DNA of 64,000 bases from positions 10,439,950-10,503,949 of the forward strand of contig NC_134026.1 of NCBI RefSeq assembly GCF_964204645.1, read 5' to 3'. Below are positions 51,701 to 64,000 of this stretch, piece after piece (the first letter of the stretch is position 1; each line of letters begins with the position of its first letter). Under the pieces are notes generated by a model, which did no database searches, was not told where the DNA came from, and was given only the letters and a program-made list of their open reading frames with translations. This stretch comes from Tubulanus polymorphus (lineage: Eukaryota > Animalia > Nemertea). The position numbers and the translations under genes are program-made.

Positions 51701-54700
51701 AAGAGAAGATTTGACTTGCTAACAAACCGCCTGTGTAAAGATTCTGTAATTAAAAATGGCTATTGTGATACACTTAATGGCTATATTTCCGCTGGGTATG
51801 CTCGAAAGTTGACTCCTGAGGAAGAAATTATTTCGACACCTAGAACTTGGTATCTTCCTCACCATTGCGTTTTGAACCCGAACAAGCCGGGTAAATTTCG
51901 GGTAGTGTTTGATGCAGCTTCGCAGTTCAAGGGTTCTTCGTTAAACAACTTACTAATGACAGGCCCTGATCTGTTAAATAGTTTGTTTGGTGTCTTACAA
52001 AGATTTCGTTTATTTGAAACAGCGCTTGTTGCGGACATACAAGCGATGTTTCATCAAGTGAGAACCTCTGAAAGCGAATCTGAATCATTGAGATTCCTTT
52101 GGCGGCCAGATGGCTCATATGGTTCTCCGGAGGTTTTTAAGATGTTGGTGCACATTTTCGGTGCTCGAGACTCGCCTTGTTGTGCGAATTACGCTCTAAA
52201 AAGATCAGCTCGTGATAACATTGATTGTTTTAGTAGCATCGCTGTAAATTCTGTCTTGCGAAATTTCTATGTGGATGATTTTCTCAAGTCAGTTCCTGGT
52301 GATAGCAAAGCGTTGCAATTAGCTTATGAGGTAAAAGATATTCTTGCTAAAGGAGGTTTCCATCTCACAAAGTGGATGTCATCAAGTAAATGGGTCCTAT
52401 CCCAAATTCACCCTGAAGAACTTGCTAACCCTTCGTTAGACCTAGACTTAGGTGACTTATCAGTAGAACGGACTTTAGGTGTGAAATGGAACGCTCAGAA
52501 TGATTCCTTTGTATTTAAACCTGTTATCAAAGATGTTAAACTTACTAAACGAGGTATCATAAGCGCTGTCTCATCCATTTTTGATCCATTAGGTTTCCTA
52601 TCACCATTCATACTTAGGGCCAAGTGTTTGATTCAAGATATATGGCGGTCTGGGTTCGAATGGGATGAAGATATTTCTGGGGACTTATTGGTAACCTGGG
52701 ATGAATGGCAAAATGAGTTGAAGTTGTTGCATGAGCTGAAAATTCCTCGTCACCATGAGTTGTTTTCTCCTTCTGTTAGTAATGTACAGTTGCATTTGTT
52801 TAGTGACGCGTCCGAGAGGGCATTTGGTAGTGTAGCATATTTGCGTTATTTGATTGATAGTTCATTTCAAACTACCTTTCTCGCTTCAAAAACTCACTTA
52901 GCTCCTACAAAACATCCTTTAACCATGCCGAAATTGGAGCTGCAAGGTGCAGTTATGTCGGTTCGTTTGGGTGAGGTTTTGAAGCGAGAACTGTCAGAAA
53001 TTTGTGACATTGAAGTCTCTTATTGGACTGACTCACAAACTGTTTTACGATATATTCGTAATGAAAAAAAAAGATTCAAGATTTTTGTAGCCAATAGAGT
53101 GGGGGAAATTCGTGAAATATCATCGGTTAATCAGTGGATGTATATTGCATCCGAGTCGAATCCTGCTGACGATTGCTCAAGGGGGCTTTTAGCTTCTGAT
53201 CTGACTTTTTCGCATCATTGGTTTGCAGGTCCAGAATTTCTCCGTGTTCCTGAAAAGCAATGGCCGTCTCAGCCTGATCTAGGTATCATTTCAGATATAG
53301 ATGAAAATCTCAAGAAAACTAAGCTAGTGAATAAAGTCTTAGCATTTCCTCAGGCTGAGCCAGTCATTGACTTAACGGGTCTTGTACAGCCGGAGGATTA
53401 TTCTCGTTGGTACCCTTTGTTACGCAGAACAGCTTGGATTTTAAGGGCTATCAGGAATTTTGCCTCACACGTTCCACGTTTGGGATATACAGCTGTAAAA
53501 GCAAAAACTTTGACAGTGGAAGATTTTGATTTTGCGGAAACATGCTTAGTTTCTCAAGCCCAACGTGACTCATTCCCAGAGGAGTTCTCTTTCCTTAAAA
53601 AGGGTCATAGTTCTTTGCGCTGTCTTGATCCAGTTTTTGATGGCTCCTGTATCAGAGTAGGTGGAAGGATTCACAATGCTCCAAATGTTTCCGTAGAGGC
53701 GCGCCATCAGTTGCTTCTCCCTTTCTCTCATCATATCACGGAGCTTCTTGTACGAAAAGAACACCTTATTCATTTCCATGCTGGTCCAGAGCACTTGATT
53801 TCATTAGTTCGTCAAAAGTACTGGCCAATTAAAGCTAGATCTGTCGCAAAGCGTGCGATTTCGCGGTGCTTCGGTTGTCGTCGTCGATTAGCTAAGCCTA
53901 GAGTTCCTTTTATGTCGGATTTACCCGCACATAGAATTACTAGCCATTGCAGACCCTTTCAATTTAGTGGGGTAGACTATTTTGGCCCTTTATTCATCAA
54001 AAGAGGGCGTTCTACAATCAAAGTATGGGTTTGCTTATTCACGTGTTTAGTAACTCGTGCAGTACATTTGGAAGTAGCTGACTCAATGGAAACTGACACA
54101 TTTTTACTAATTCTGAGGAATTTCATTGGGCGACGTGGTCAGCCGAGTCATATTTATAGTGACAATGGTTCCAACTTTGTTGGAGCTGAGAGAGAGAATG
54201 TTTAACACAATTAAATCAATCTCGTATTTCTAATTTTTGTCATGAAAAGGGTATTAAATGGACCTTTAATAGTCCCTGTGCCCCCCATTTTGGTGGGGTT
54301 TGGGAGAGATTGGTTCGAACGGTAAAGGCGGCTATCAAATCAGTCCTTAAAGGACAATCATTTCCTGAAAACGTGCTGCGAACAACGCTTATAGAGGTGG
54401 AAGCATCTGTTAATAGTCGACCTTTAACTTATAATAGCGTGGATCCTGCAGATTTTACACCCATTACACCAAACCACTTTTTACACGGCGGTGCTAGTTC
54501 TGTCGTGGCCCTTGGAGTATTTCATGAGCGTGAAATCAACAGTAGAAAAAGATGGCGTCAGTCCCAGGTTCTGGCAGACCACTTTTGGCGTCGCTGGCTG
54601 AAAGAGTATTTGCCACCCTTAACCATGAGAAGCAAGTGGCTAGAAAATACAGAAAATGTCAAATTAGGTGACTTAGTGTTAATCAAAGACAAAGACATTC

Positions 54701-54849
54701 CTCGTGGTCAATGGCCATTGGGTCGTATTATTGAAGTTTATCCTAGTCCTAATGATGGACGAATTCGTTCGGTAAAAGTAAAAACCTCTTCGTCAGAATA
54801 TGTTCGACCAGTAGTTAAGCTTTGCGTATTGGAAGAGAGTATTGTATAA
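48759..54849 (+). pseudogene. Disrupted gag-pol polyprotein of the BEL/Pao element
   Basis: Broken by the insertion at 49550-50161, stops at ~50303 and 50957-50959, and a frameshift near 54195. Confidence 0.9.
49550..50161 (-). mobile_element. Solo LTR of a different LTR retrotransposon inserted in gag
   Basis: 612 bp with TG..CA ends and 5-bp TSD GCTTA. Gag reads ARAY|IESITNGP once it is removed. AATAAA on the minus strand at ~49630. Confidence 0.85.
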
Positions 54850-55742
54850 TTATCTTGATTAAATTTGTATTTGTATGTGTGAGATAATTACTTATATTTG
54901 ATACAACAATAATATGTATTTGAAGTAATCATGTAATCTTTGTAATATGATATCGTTATATTTTCAAACACCGTCTGATACGGATGTTTAGGAGGTGCTG
55001 TGTTGTAAATTGAAGTCCGGTTTGCTGCTATAGAATTTTATTGTAGTCGAGTTTAGCTTTAGTACTGTAGGATTTGTAACCCTTCATTGAACCTCTCCAT
55101 GCTTTGTTGTTACTAAGTCTAGTACATTATATATACAGTATATATTGAATATCTCACAGTTGAGCATTGGTCATTTTCGTAGAAACTTGCTCGAGGAGCT
55201 ACAGTAATTGTAAGTAACGAATTTTTAGATTTGCTGTGGGTTAGTTTTCTTTGCATAAATTGAATTGATTACTTATATATATATTTTCATATTTGTAGCA
55301 AACCGGCATTATATGGCATAGTGCAGCATCGTTAGTTGCTAAAATAAACACGCTGAGTTTGAAATGTAGCTGTGCTTTCGTGTTCAATAGATTTTCGAGG
55401 ATTCGTTTCGTCGATTTAGAACAACTACTGTTGCTGCGCGCACGTGTCTGCAACCGATCGATAAAATACATAGACACTCATCGTAGTACAAATGTAGATA
55501 CAAAATCACTGTGTTGCAATGAATATGCATTGAAAGCGATACTTATACGCAACAATAAGTAAAACAGGCACTGGACGCTTTTACGGTTCACCTTTTACGG
55601 TACCGATCGTGCCAGACCAATTGAGTGAGATCATCACCCCCCCCCATACTTTTACATCATTTTTGGACTATTTGGAAAATTGATATTTTTCAATACCGAA
55701 ATCCGCGGGAAACCGCGGATACGCAGGGAATTCTCATCCCTG

Positions 55743-56620
55743 GGGATATCAACAAAAGGAATCTCAAAATTAGACCTGATAAATAAGCTTCGAGACAAAT
55801 CACTGAGCAAAACTCAGTTTGATAAGATATATGAATAGATGCTTGGCCATGCAGATAAAAACTGTAATAACTTTCTTATAATGATAAATTTTTTAGTCAA
55901 TATTTCATGAACCATGTATGCACTGAATGCATACCAGGGACCTGGTTATGCTATAAGTACCAAATTTTCTATCAAGCCCCTGTGCATATGTGTATTGTAC
56001 ATTTTCTGGATTTTTCATGACTGCTGACTTACTCTCTATTGAAATAGGTGGATGGGCAATAGGCTGTTGTGAGCATTGAGAGATTATTATGATCTCGAGA
56101 AGAGCTTGAAATACCGGCCTAATGTAACTGTTATTGACATAGCATAGCGCATATGCTAGCGAATTATGCCAATAATCGGACACCTGACTTCTATAGACCT
56201 AATGAAAGTAGGCTAGAGGAAGCTAAGGAGGAGAATATCTTAGCAGTATTGAATGGCCAGAGCTATTATGAATTAGCTTTCCTCGATGGAAAACATTCTA
56301 CTACCATTTCGAATGACTGCAATATACACCCTTACTCTGGATCTGATCAGCATCTCTGTTTGTACGATTGGTTCCATGAGAACAATTGAAATGATAGGAA
56401 GGAATGCCTGCGTCAAGCATCTCTTGTCACTTATCCTGGTGGTACCATTGATACCCAAGCTCTGGAACTAGAGAACAGTTCTCGATAAAAGAATGTCTAC
56501 TTTCTAAACAACATAGGGCCTGCAAAGCATTTATCTGTTTTCTGCCTTCTGTGTGAACTGCAAAACAGTGTCATCAATGCCCAACTGTGCAAAAAGATTA
56601 AAAGTAAGATCAGGCAAGAT
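55743..56620 (+). pseudogene. 3' part of the KDZ/HMGXB3-like transposase gene
   Basis: SAP-like GISKLDLINKLR, then GGWAIGCCEH, PNVTVID, ANNRTPDFYRP, HPYSGSDQHLCLYDWFHENN. Contains stops and frameshifts. Confidence 0.65.
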
Positions 56621-56874
56621 GTAAGCTTCAATCAGTTTGGTCAATTGGTTTGTAACATAAGTGCTTTTAGATATCCTGAGATACCAGGTTTGTTTCATTT
56701 CATGCCGTATTTCAAATCTTTTGAATGAAGCATGACAAATCCAGTAAAATGCAATTATAATGCTTATTGAAATAGATCATACAACCACTGATACAAATAC
56801 TGCCAGTAACATGAACAACTTAGCTGGTAAGTACATTAAAATTTCTTATAGGTTTTACCTGTACCAATCCCTTT

Positions 56875-57700
56875 GTCAGTACCGTGTCTCTTTGTATTGT
56901 CCCTGGTGAGTACCATGCCTATATGTATTGTCCCTGGTGAGTACCATGCCTATTTGTAGTGTCCCTGGTGAGTACCATGCCTATATATATTATCCCTGGT
57001 GAGTACCACGCCTATATGTAGTGTCCCTGGTGAGTACCATCTCTATATGTATTGTCCCGGGTGAGTACCGTGTCTATTTGTAGTGTCCCTGGTGAGTACC
57101 ATGTCTATATGTATTGTCCCTGGTGAGTACCATGCTTATATGTATTGTCCCTGGTGAGTACTATGTCTATTTGTATTGTCCCTGGTGAGTACCATGCCTA
57201 TATGTATTGTCCCTGGTGAGTACCATGCTTATATGTATTGTCCCTGGTGAGTACTATGTCTATTTGTATTGTCCCTGGTGAGTACCATGCCTATATGTAT
57301 TGTCCCTGGTGAGTACTATGTATATATGTAGTGTCCCTGGTGAGTACCATGTCTATTTGTATTGTCCCTGGTGAGTATCATGTCTATTTGTAGTGTACTT
57401 GGTCAGTACCATGCCTATTTGTATTGTCACTGGTAAGTACCATGCCTATTTGTATTGTCACTGGTGAGTACTATGTCTATAAGTATTGTTCATGGTGAGT
57501 ACCATGTCTATTTGTAGTGTACTTGGTCAGTACCATGCCTATTTGTAGTGTCCTTGGTCAGTACCATGCTTATATGTATTGTCCCAGGTCAGTACCATGC
57601 CTATTTGTATTGTCACTGGTGAGTACCATGATTATATGCATTGTCCTTGGTCAGTACCATGTCTATATGTATTGGCCCTGATGAGTACCATGCCCATATG
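56875..57700. repeat. 31-bp minisatellite (gtgagtaccatgcctatatgtattgtccctg), about 26 copies
   Basis: Direct reading. Lies between a donor at 56826 and an acceptor at 57722. Confidence 0.95.
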
Positions 57701-58109
57701 TGATTTTTTATTTCTATTTTAGAAATGACTGAGGACACAGATGATACAGTCCAAAATATATTAGAAGTGAAATCAGGTGAGTGTTAGGCTGGATTTTTTC
57801 ACCTATCTTGGTTTTAGCCCTCTTGGAACTTAAGTACCAGCAGGCTATTGCGATATTGTTAGCACTCTCATAGGAAACATCTCACATGGAATTGGGATCA
57901 CCCAGTTTTTAGGCCACTTCAGGGTTCGAATTTCAGAATTTGTCATCCACAGCAAGTTACTTTCAGACTTGCTGTAGATGGCGGAAGCAATTCAGACTTG
58001 CTGTGGAGGGCGGAAGCAATCCACGGCATAACAATATTTACGCCGCGACAACCGGGCCGTCAGCTAGTGCCCTCTTAGCCAGCGGGCACTGCTGTTTGTA
58101 ACTGTGTCT

Positions 58110-61030
58110 ATCATTGGCGCCACAACAATAGGTCTGCTTTGAGAATTTTTCCTCCTTTATCCGTCGTAATCCGACTGTTGCGTAATCAATACGCGTTCAA
58201 AATTTATACATATATTTATATACCTACGTTTCTATATAGGCCTATTTGACAATGTCCAATAGAACCTCGTCTGTAGTAATTTTGGGCAATAGGTATATCC
58301 ACCGGCTAAACGATTTCGTTACCAATACAGGCCCAGCTTCCTTCCCGGCTCTATCAGAAGGGTGGAATCTGTCGGGAAGATCTCTTGGGGATCCAACGCT
58401 CCTAGGCATTAGGGGGGGTACTGTCAGCAAGATTTATTCGCTGCAGGCCGTGGAGCGAGTGAGAAAGGCAGGATCCTCAAATAATTATCCTGCAAATCGG
58501 GGGTAACAATATCGACAATCCTTTAGTAAAGTCTGCTAAAGCAGGTATGGCAATCTTTGAGCTGGCTAAAACTTTCCTTGAGAAAATGAATGCATCGGTT
58601 TGCATATGCCAGACCACTAACCGCCTTAAGTGGAGGAATTTCTCGCGCCCTGAAGGAATTCCAGGGTCCAAGAGCTGAATCTACTTTTGAGCGCTGTTTG
58701 CGCGGACCACCAACGCCTGCTTTTCTGGAAGCACAAGGGGCTCTGGAACCCGTACACGAGCATTTTCGCTGGAGAAGGTTTCCACCTGAATAACTTGGGG
58801 CAGTATAAGCTTTTCAGGAGTTTGAGAGGGGCCATTCTGTGCACAAAAGACATTGTACGCAAGTAGCCTGGATTCGACCTCGGGCGGGCCAATCGGCTAG
58901 AAATTCCCCTTAACCATTGCTAATTTTACCCTACTACACTAAGATACCCTGATACAGCAGGCTCTATGTCTTCACTACAATTTTTATTGCGGCCCTGTAT
59001 GTCCTCGCTATAATTCTATTACGGGTCCAGTATGATCCATTCAAGATCTAGTATGTCCTCACCATAATTTTCGCTATGGGTCCAGTACGATCCATTTTAG
59101 GGCCTGTATGTCATCGATATAATTTTTTTTTACGGGTCCGGTATGATCCGTTTGATTGAGGTCCGGTATGTCCTATTAGTTTAATGTTTAAAAGCCCTAT
59201 TAGGGATTTCAATTCGCGGAGGGTGACTTTAGGCTTTGTTAGAAAAAGAGACACTGGCTCCTTGCACTTGCTTAGCTTGTCTTCGGGGAGTCGAGATTCC
59301 ATGCGGACACAGTCCAGGGTGATGCCCATGAAAGGAAATACTTGGGTGGGCTGGAAAGTCTTTTCTGGGACCGTGGGTATCCCCGATATGTCGCAGAAAG
59401 TCGTGAAGCTGGCCAAATGGGTACCGCATTTAAGCGAACCGATCGCCAGAAACAATAAATCGTCAAGGATGTGGACAACCCCGGAGGAACCTTACTTATT
59501 TAGGGAGGTTGAAAAGGTATCAAAGATGGCGCATGAGCTGGATTCGCCCATCGGGAGACACGCATCCATATAAAATTTCCCCTCCTAGTGGAACCCGAGC
59601 AGGTGTTGACCGGCTGGAGAGACAGGGAGTATCCGGAACGCTGACTGGATATCAGTCTCCCGGGAAGGGCCTTCTTACGGCGACTAATCAACCTAACAAT
59701 TGGTATTCGCTACCCATCACACCATATCCGCTTGACCAAGGACACTAAAGCTGACTTACAGGTTTGGCTAGATTTTCTTTCTCATTTCAGCGGTAAATCA
59801 TTTTTCATGGACGACATTTTGCACTTGAGCGACTTGCTCAGGCTGTATACAGATTCAGCGGGGGGCCTTGGTTATGGCGCGGTATTTCAGAACTAATGGT
59901 TTTTTGGGGCATGGCCAGAGTCATGGGGACATCTCTCAGCCGACAGGTCCATTCAGTTTTATTCGGACAACCAGGCTGTGGTAGAGGTAATAAACAAGCA
60001 GTCTGCGAAGGACAAACACATGATGTTTCTCCTTCACAAACTCGTTCTGCTCTGTTTGCGCTCCAACATAGTATTTACCTCTAAGCATATACCAGGATTG
60101 CTTAATGTTCATGCCGACTTACTTTCCCGCTTACAGGTAGACAAGTTCAGGGACCTGGCCCCTTGTGCGAACCGGTCCCCAGAAAACGTACCGGACGGGT
60201 TTTTGCCGGATGGATCACAGATGCCTATCGGGAGCTCATGACTGCGACACTCGCTAAATCCACAAGGAAAGCCTACGAAAGAACGTGGTCAAAGCTCATG
60301 GCCTTCCTGCAGGCATCGGGGATTAGCCAGTCCCTTCCTATCTCACACCTAGATATAACCCATTTTGTAGCGTACTTGCACGGGCAGGGCGCTGCATCTT
60401 CTTCCCTGGCCCCATCCCTGTCTGCCATTTCATATATTCATGAATTAAATGGTCACCACGACCCTTACAAGCACTTTTTGGTCCGGTAATTAGTCACAGG
60501 GGCCAGGAATTTAGGTGCGAGGCAAGACACCAGACTCCCAATCACCCAACCAATCCTTGTTAGACTGCTACAGGCAACTGTGCATACAGTCCCGTCCCCT
60601 TACAACCTGTCCCCGTCCCCGGCGCCACAACAATGGGTCTGCTTTGAGAATTTTCCACCCTCCATCCCCTCCTGCTCCAGATGCCCAGAAGTAATGAAGC
60701 CTGCACGAAGAGACCAGTTAGTGGGCGGTTGCCCCACTAACCCATCACCCTATTCGTAATACATATTCGTATCTTTAGTTGCATTGTTTGGCTTCATTGC
60801 GTTGCCATGGAAACCCTTAAATTAGTATATTGGGAACCGTTTATTTTCCGTTGCCATGGCAACGACCGGCCATGGTTACTTTTAGTAGTGGTGTTCCACA
60901 CTCCCTGGGTTATTTCCATGGCAACGCATTGGAGCAAAAACCTTATTTTGTATCCTTTAGTTATTAGTCAATAAACTGTCGGATGTCACGGGCATCCGGC
61001 CTATATCTATCAACTTCATGGTTTGGCTTG
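58110..61030. mobile_element. Rearranged, degraded DIRS/Ngaro-type tyrosine-recombinase retroelement
   Basis: SGNH-hydrolase-like ORF (+, 58246-58866: ILGNRYI, IILQIGGNN, GFHLN). RT fragment (-, ~59190-59580: LPMGESSSC, HILDDLL). RNase H (+: YTDSAGGLGYG, SDNQAVV, HIPGLLNVHADLLSR). YR N-terminus (+: LAKSTRKAY, LSAISYIH, DTRLPIT). Direct repeat at 58116 and 60621. Confidence 0.8.
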
Positions 61031-61359
61031 GTTGTCTCGGCGTAAACATCTAAATGTATATCAAATCAATTATAATACTGTCACCATACATGGAAATAAT
61101 CCTGCCATCGGATTTTGAAGTCGTGCACCTCTGTGCGCATGCGCGGCTTAAATCAGCGACGACGTACAGTAAAATAGCGGAAATGAACGTATACGACAAA
61201 ATATCCACTGCGTTTTCTTGACGCTGAATTCAGACCTGTTGATGCTGAACTGGATCTGTTGACACTGGATGACGCTTTTTGACACTAATTAGAATAACCG
61301 CTTTATTTTAACGATTATGCATGGCCTATAGCCTGGCCTGCCCGCCCTACGAGCAAATA

Positions 61360-61973
61360 CAGGGTGACCCAAAAAAATTTTCTCTCATGAAAACATCCAT
61401 AGAATCTTTAATAACTGACCAATTGCCTTGATATTTTAGGTTTATGAAAAGGAATATTTGCAAGGCTGAATAACGCAGAGAAAATTCTAACATGCCTTGG
61501 ACAGTTCAAGAAAAGACATTTTGCGTAGAGACCTACTTTGAGACAATGGTGGCTGTGCAAGCACGCTTCAAAAGACAATTCGGATGTCATCATTATCCAG
61601 CCAACAGAGTCATGTACAGATGGGTCAGCAAATTCAGGGCCCAGGGGACAGTCTTAAACTTGAATGCTAAGGGCAACAGAGCCTCTCATTTTGGTCGGCA
61701 TAAGAGTTCTCGATCACCAGCCAATATTGATGCTGTCCGAGGGTCGGTTGGTTGCAGTCCTCGCAAGTCATTACGTCGTCGCAGCCAGGAACTTAGAATT
61801 CCTCGGGAGTCCATCAGAAGGATTTTAGTGCAGGATCCTTTGTACCCCAAGGATACAGACCAAACATAAACTTACTCAAAGGGATAAGGATATGCGTGTA
61901 GTGATGTGTCGATGGTTCTGTGACAAAATCGATGAAGACCCAGACTTTCTGGACGATGTTTGGTTCTCTGATG
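61360..61973 (+). mobile_element. 5' half of an IS630-Tc1-mariner element
   Basis: TA-CAGGGTG left TIR. HTH N-terminus ...SPRKSLRRRSQEL. Truncated right after the first catalytic Asp (VWFSD). Confidence 0.85.
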
Positions 61974-64000
61974 CTGCTAAAAATGCTATAAGAGGGCAAA
62001 ATAATTTGAGACGGGAAAATGAGAATGTGAAGAAATTTGATGTGAATTATGTGATATCAATATTTCGGGACACAGCAAAGAGAGACCATGAATATGTACG
62101 TGCTGTTTGTCAATGTCTACTGTTTAAAATCAAGTGAAAAGATTGGATGTTAGCATGTATAGTACTCACAGTTCCAAACACTCAGCACAGGAATGTATAA
62201 CAGATAACTATTTACATACATGTAACGATGCTTGCTCTCAGTCATGTACCTTGAAAGATCGACCTTGTGGAAAATCATGGATATGTCATTGTTGTCATAG
62301 AAAATTACTGTCAGTACCTTGTGAAGCTGCTGTAGATAACTTGCAATTAGAAAGTATTCCCGATACGCTAACGCAACTGAATTCGCTAGAAGTTCATCTC
62401 GTTTCAATTAACATACCATTCATTAAAATGATAGCTTTACCAAAGCAAGGTTAGCATGGATCTCATGGGCCAGTCGTATGTGTACCGAGCAATGTAAAAA
62501 ACAACAGACATATTACCTCGAAATTCTTCTGATGATCAAATGATGAAGGTCAAATTGAAACGAAAAGTTACATTCAAAGGACATTACAAGTATCAATCTG
62601 TTGAGAAGAAAAAGATTATGGATGCGTTTTGTACATTGAAATCAATTAATCCACATTATCGTGATGTGAAATTAAACTATGAGTGGAATAACCCACTTGA
62701 AGAAGTCACTGAAGTATCTGAGAGTGAATCACTAGAAGATTAGATATTAGATTGAAACAATTATACAGAAACAATTGAAACTGAAGAACTGCCTGATCTT
62801 GCCAACAATTCCACAGCACAAGGACAAAATGATTTCAACTGCCAGGAAGAAACGGATGCTGAAAATCTGCATGGAATGTACAAGAATTCCTGCCTGCAAC
62901 CAATCAATATCGGCCAGGAAATTCTTGACGCACATTTCAATGACATTTTTTGAGTGGCTCCTGTTGAAGGTAATACAAATCATGATATTCGAGGACACAG
63001 GATTACTTTATCACGCTACTTACACACACGTTTAATGAATGCTGACCCCAGATTCTCCAGAAAAACATATTACATATTTCATGCACAGTTTATGTCTGAA
63101 ATCAACCAGGTCAACACAAATGTTTCAATTGCATTGCGAAAAGGAGTGAAAGGTGGGAAGAAAAAATTGAATATTGACTTGAATACTTTGAAAAACATTG
63201 AAAATATGAACGAATTGTTGAAACATAATGATGGTTATAAGTTTTTGAAACCTATCAGAGGAACACCTCCGTTTTGGGAAGCTGCTCAAAAAGACTTCCT
63301 GGCTATGGTTAGACAATTAGGTGTGCCAACATTCTTTGTGTCATTCTCTGCAGCTGAAATGAGATGGGAGGACCATTTAAAGGCTATAATGCGAGTTGAT
63401 GCTTGTGAAAAGCCAGTGAGAGACATGTCATGTGGTATATTGAGACGAAATCCAGTAACTGCAGCCAGGATGTTTGATCAAAGATTTCGTACGTTCCTCA
63501 ACACTGTTATCAAGTCCCCTGCAAAACCTATTGGTGAAATACAGGACTACTTTTATCGGGTAGAATTCCAGATGCACGGCAGCCCACATGTACATGCTCT
63601 GATATGGGGTAAAGATGCACCTAATGCAGGAATCGATGATGACGCTGATGTCACTGAGTTTGTAGATAGATACATAACCTGCAGATTGCCTGAAGAATCA
63701 GAAGATCCTGAACTGCATGAGGTTGTCACCAGTGTCCAAATGCATAGTAAAAGACATTCTAAAACATGTCATAAAAGAGGTTCAATTTCCCCAGAAATCC
63801 ATCCCTACAAACATTTCTAACTCATATGAAATATGAAGCCCCTCCAACAAGTGATGAACCAAATGAAGAAATTCAGCAAATACAACATGATGCAGCTATG
63901 AATGCAATGAGCCCAGCTAGAACAAAAGAGATACTTGGAACTGTGCATAAAATAGTGAATACAGAGGGAACTGAGTTAACAACAACAGAATCATTATTCA
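61974..64000 (+). mobile_element. Degraded Helitron/Helentron Rep-helicase gene (Rep/HUH part), running off the window
   Basis: VKLKRK, ADPRF, IRGTPPFW, MVRQLGVPTFFVSFSAAE, NPVTAARMF and YFYRVEFQMHGSPHVHALIW (HUH motif), with stops and frameshifts. Confidence 0.92.

Larger units (their letters stand above)
48307..55423 (+). mobile_element. Full-length BEL/Pao LTR retrotransposon (defective)
   Basis: 423-bp TG..CA LTRs at 48307-48729 and 55001-55423 with one visible mismatch. 5-bp TSD ACTAC. Gag with three CCHC knuckles, protease LLDSGS, RT FYVDD, Pao RNase H FSDAS/WTDS, integrase GVDYFGP/SDNGSNF. Confidence 0.97.

Noticed and set aside
56875-57700. Second CRISPR-like array
   Set aside because: Pure tandem repeat without spacers.

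Overview
Animal (invertebrate, probably marine lophotrochozoan; this is inference from gene and TE content) nuclear DNA with spliceosomal introns. The left half holds host genes: an intronless rhodopsin-class GPCR with a dead partial duplicate, a two-exon ladybird (Lbx) homeobox gene, and a convergent short, divergent NF-YA-like gene. The NF-YA-like gene lacks the Q-rich domain, has an altered GxGGRF DNA-binding loop and an in-frame uORF. The first 2.45 kb is a very AT-rich, virus/Polinton-like cassette of repeated ORFs bounded by long hairpins. From about 30.8 kb to the end the window is a TE graveyard: Helentron-type non-autonomous elements with satellites, piggyBac, an intron-containing KDZ/Zisupton-like transposase split by a young BEL/Pao LTR element that itself holds a solo LTR, a rearranged DIRS/Ngaro element, a Tc1/mariner fragment and a Helitron. 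No CRISPR or rRNA was seen. All calls come from reading the sequence by eye; no database search was run.
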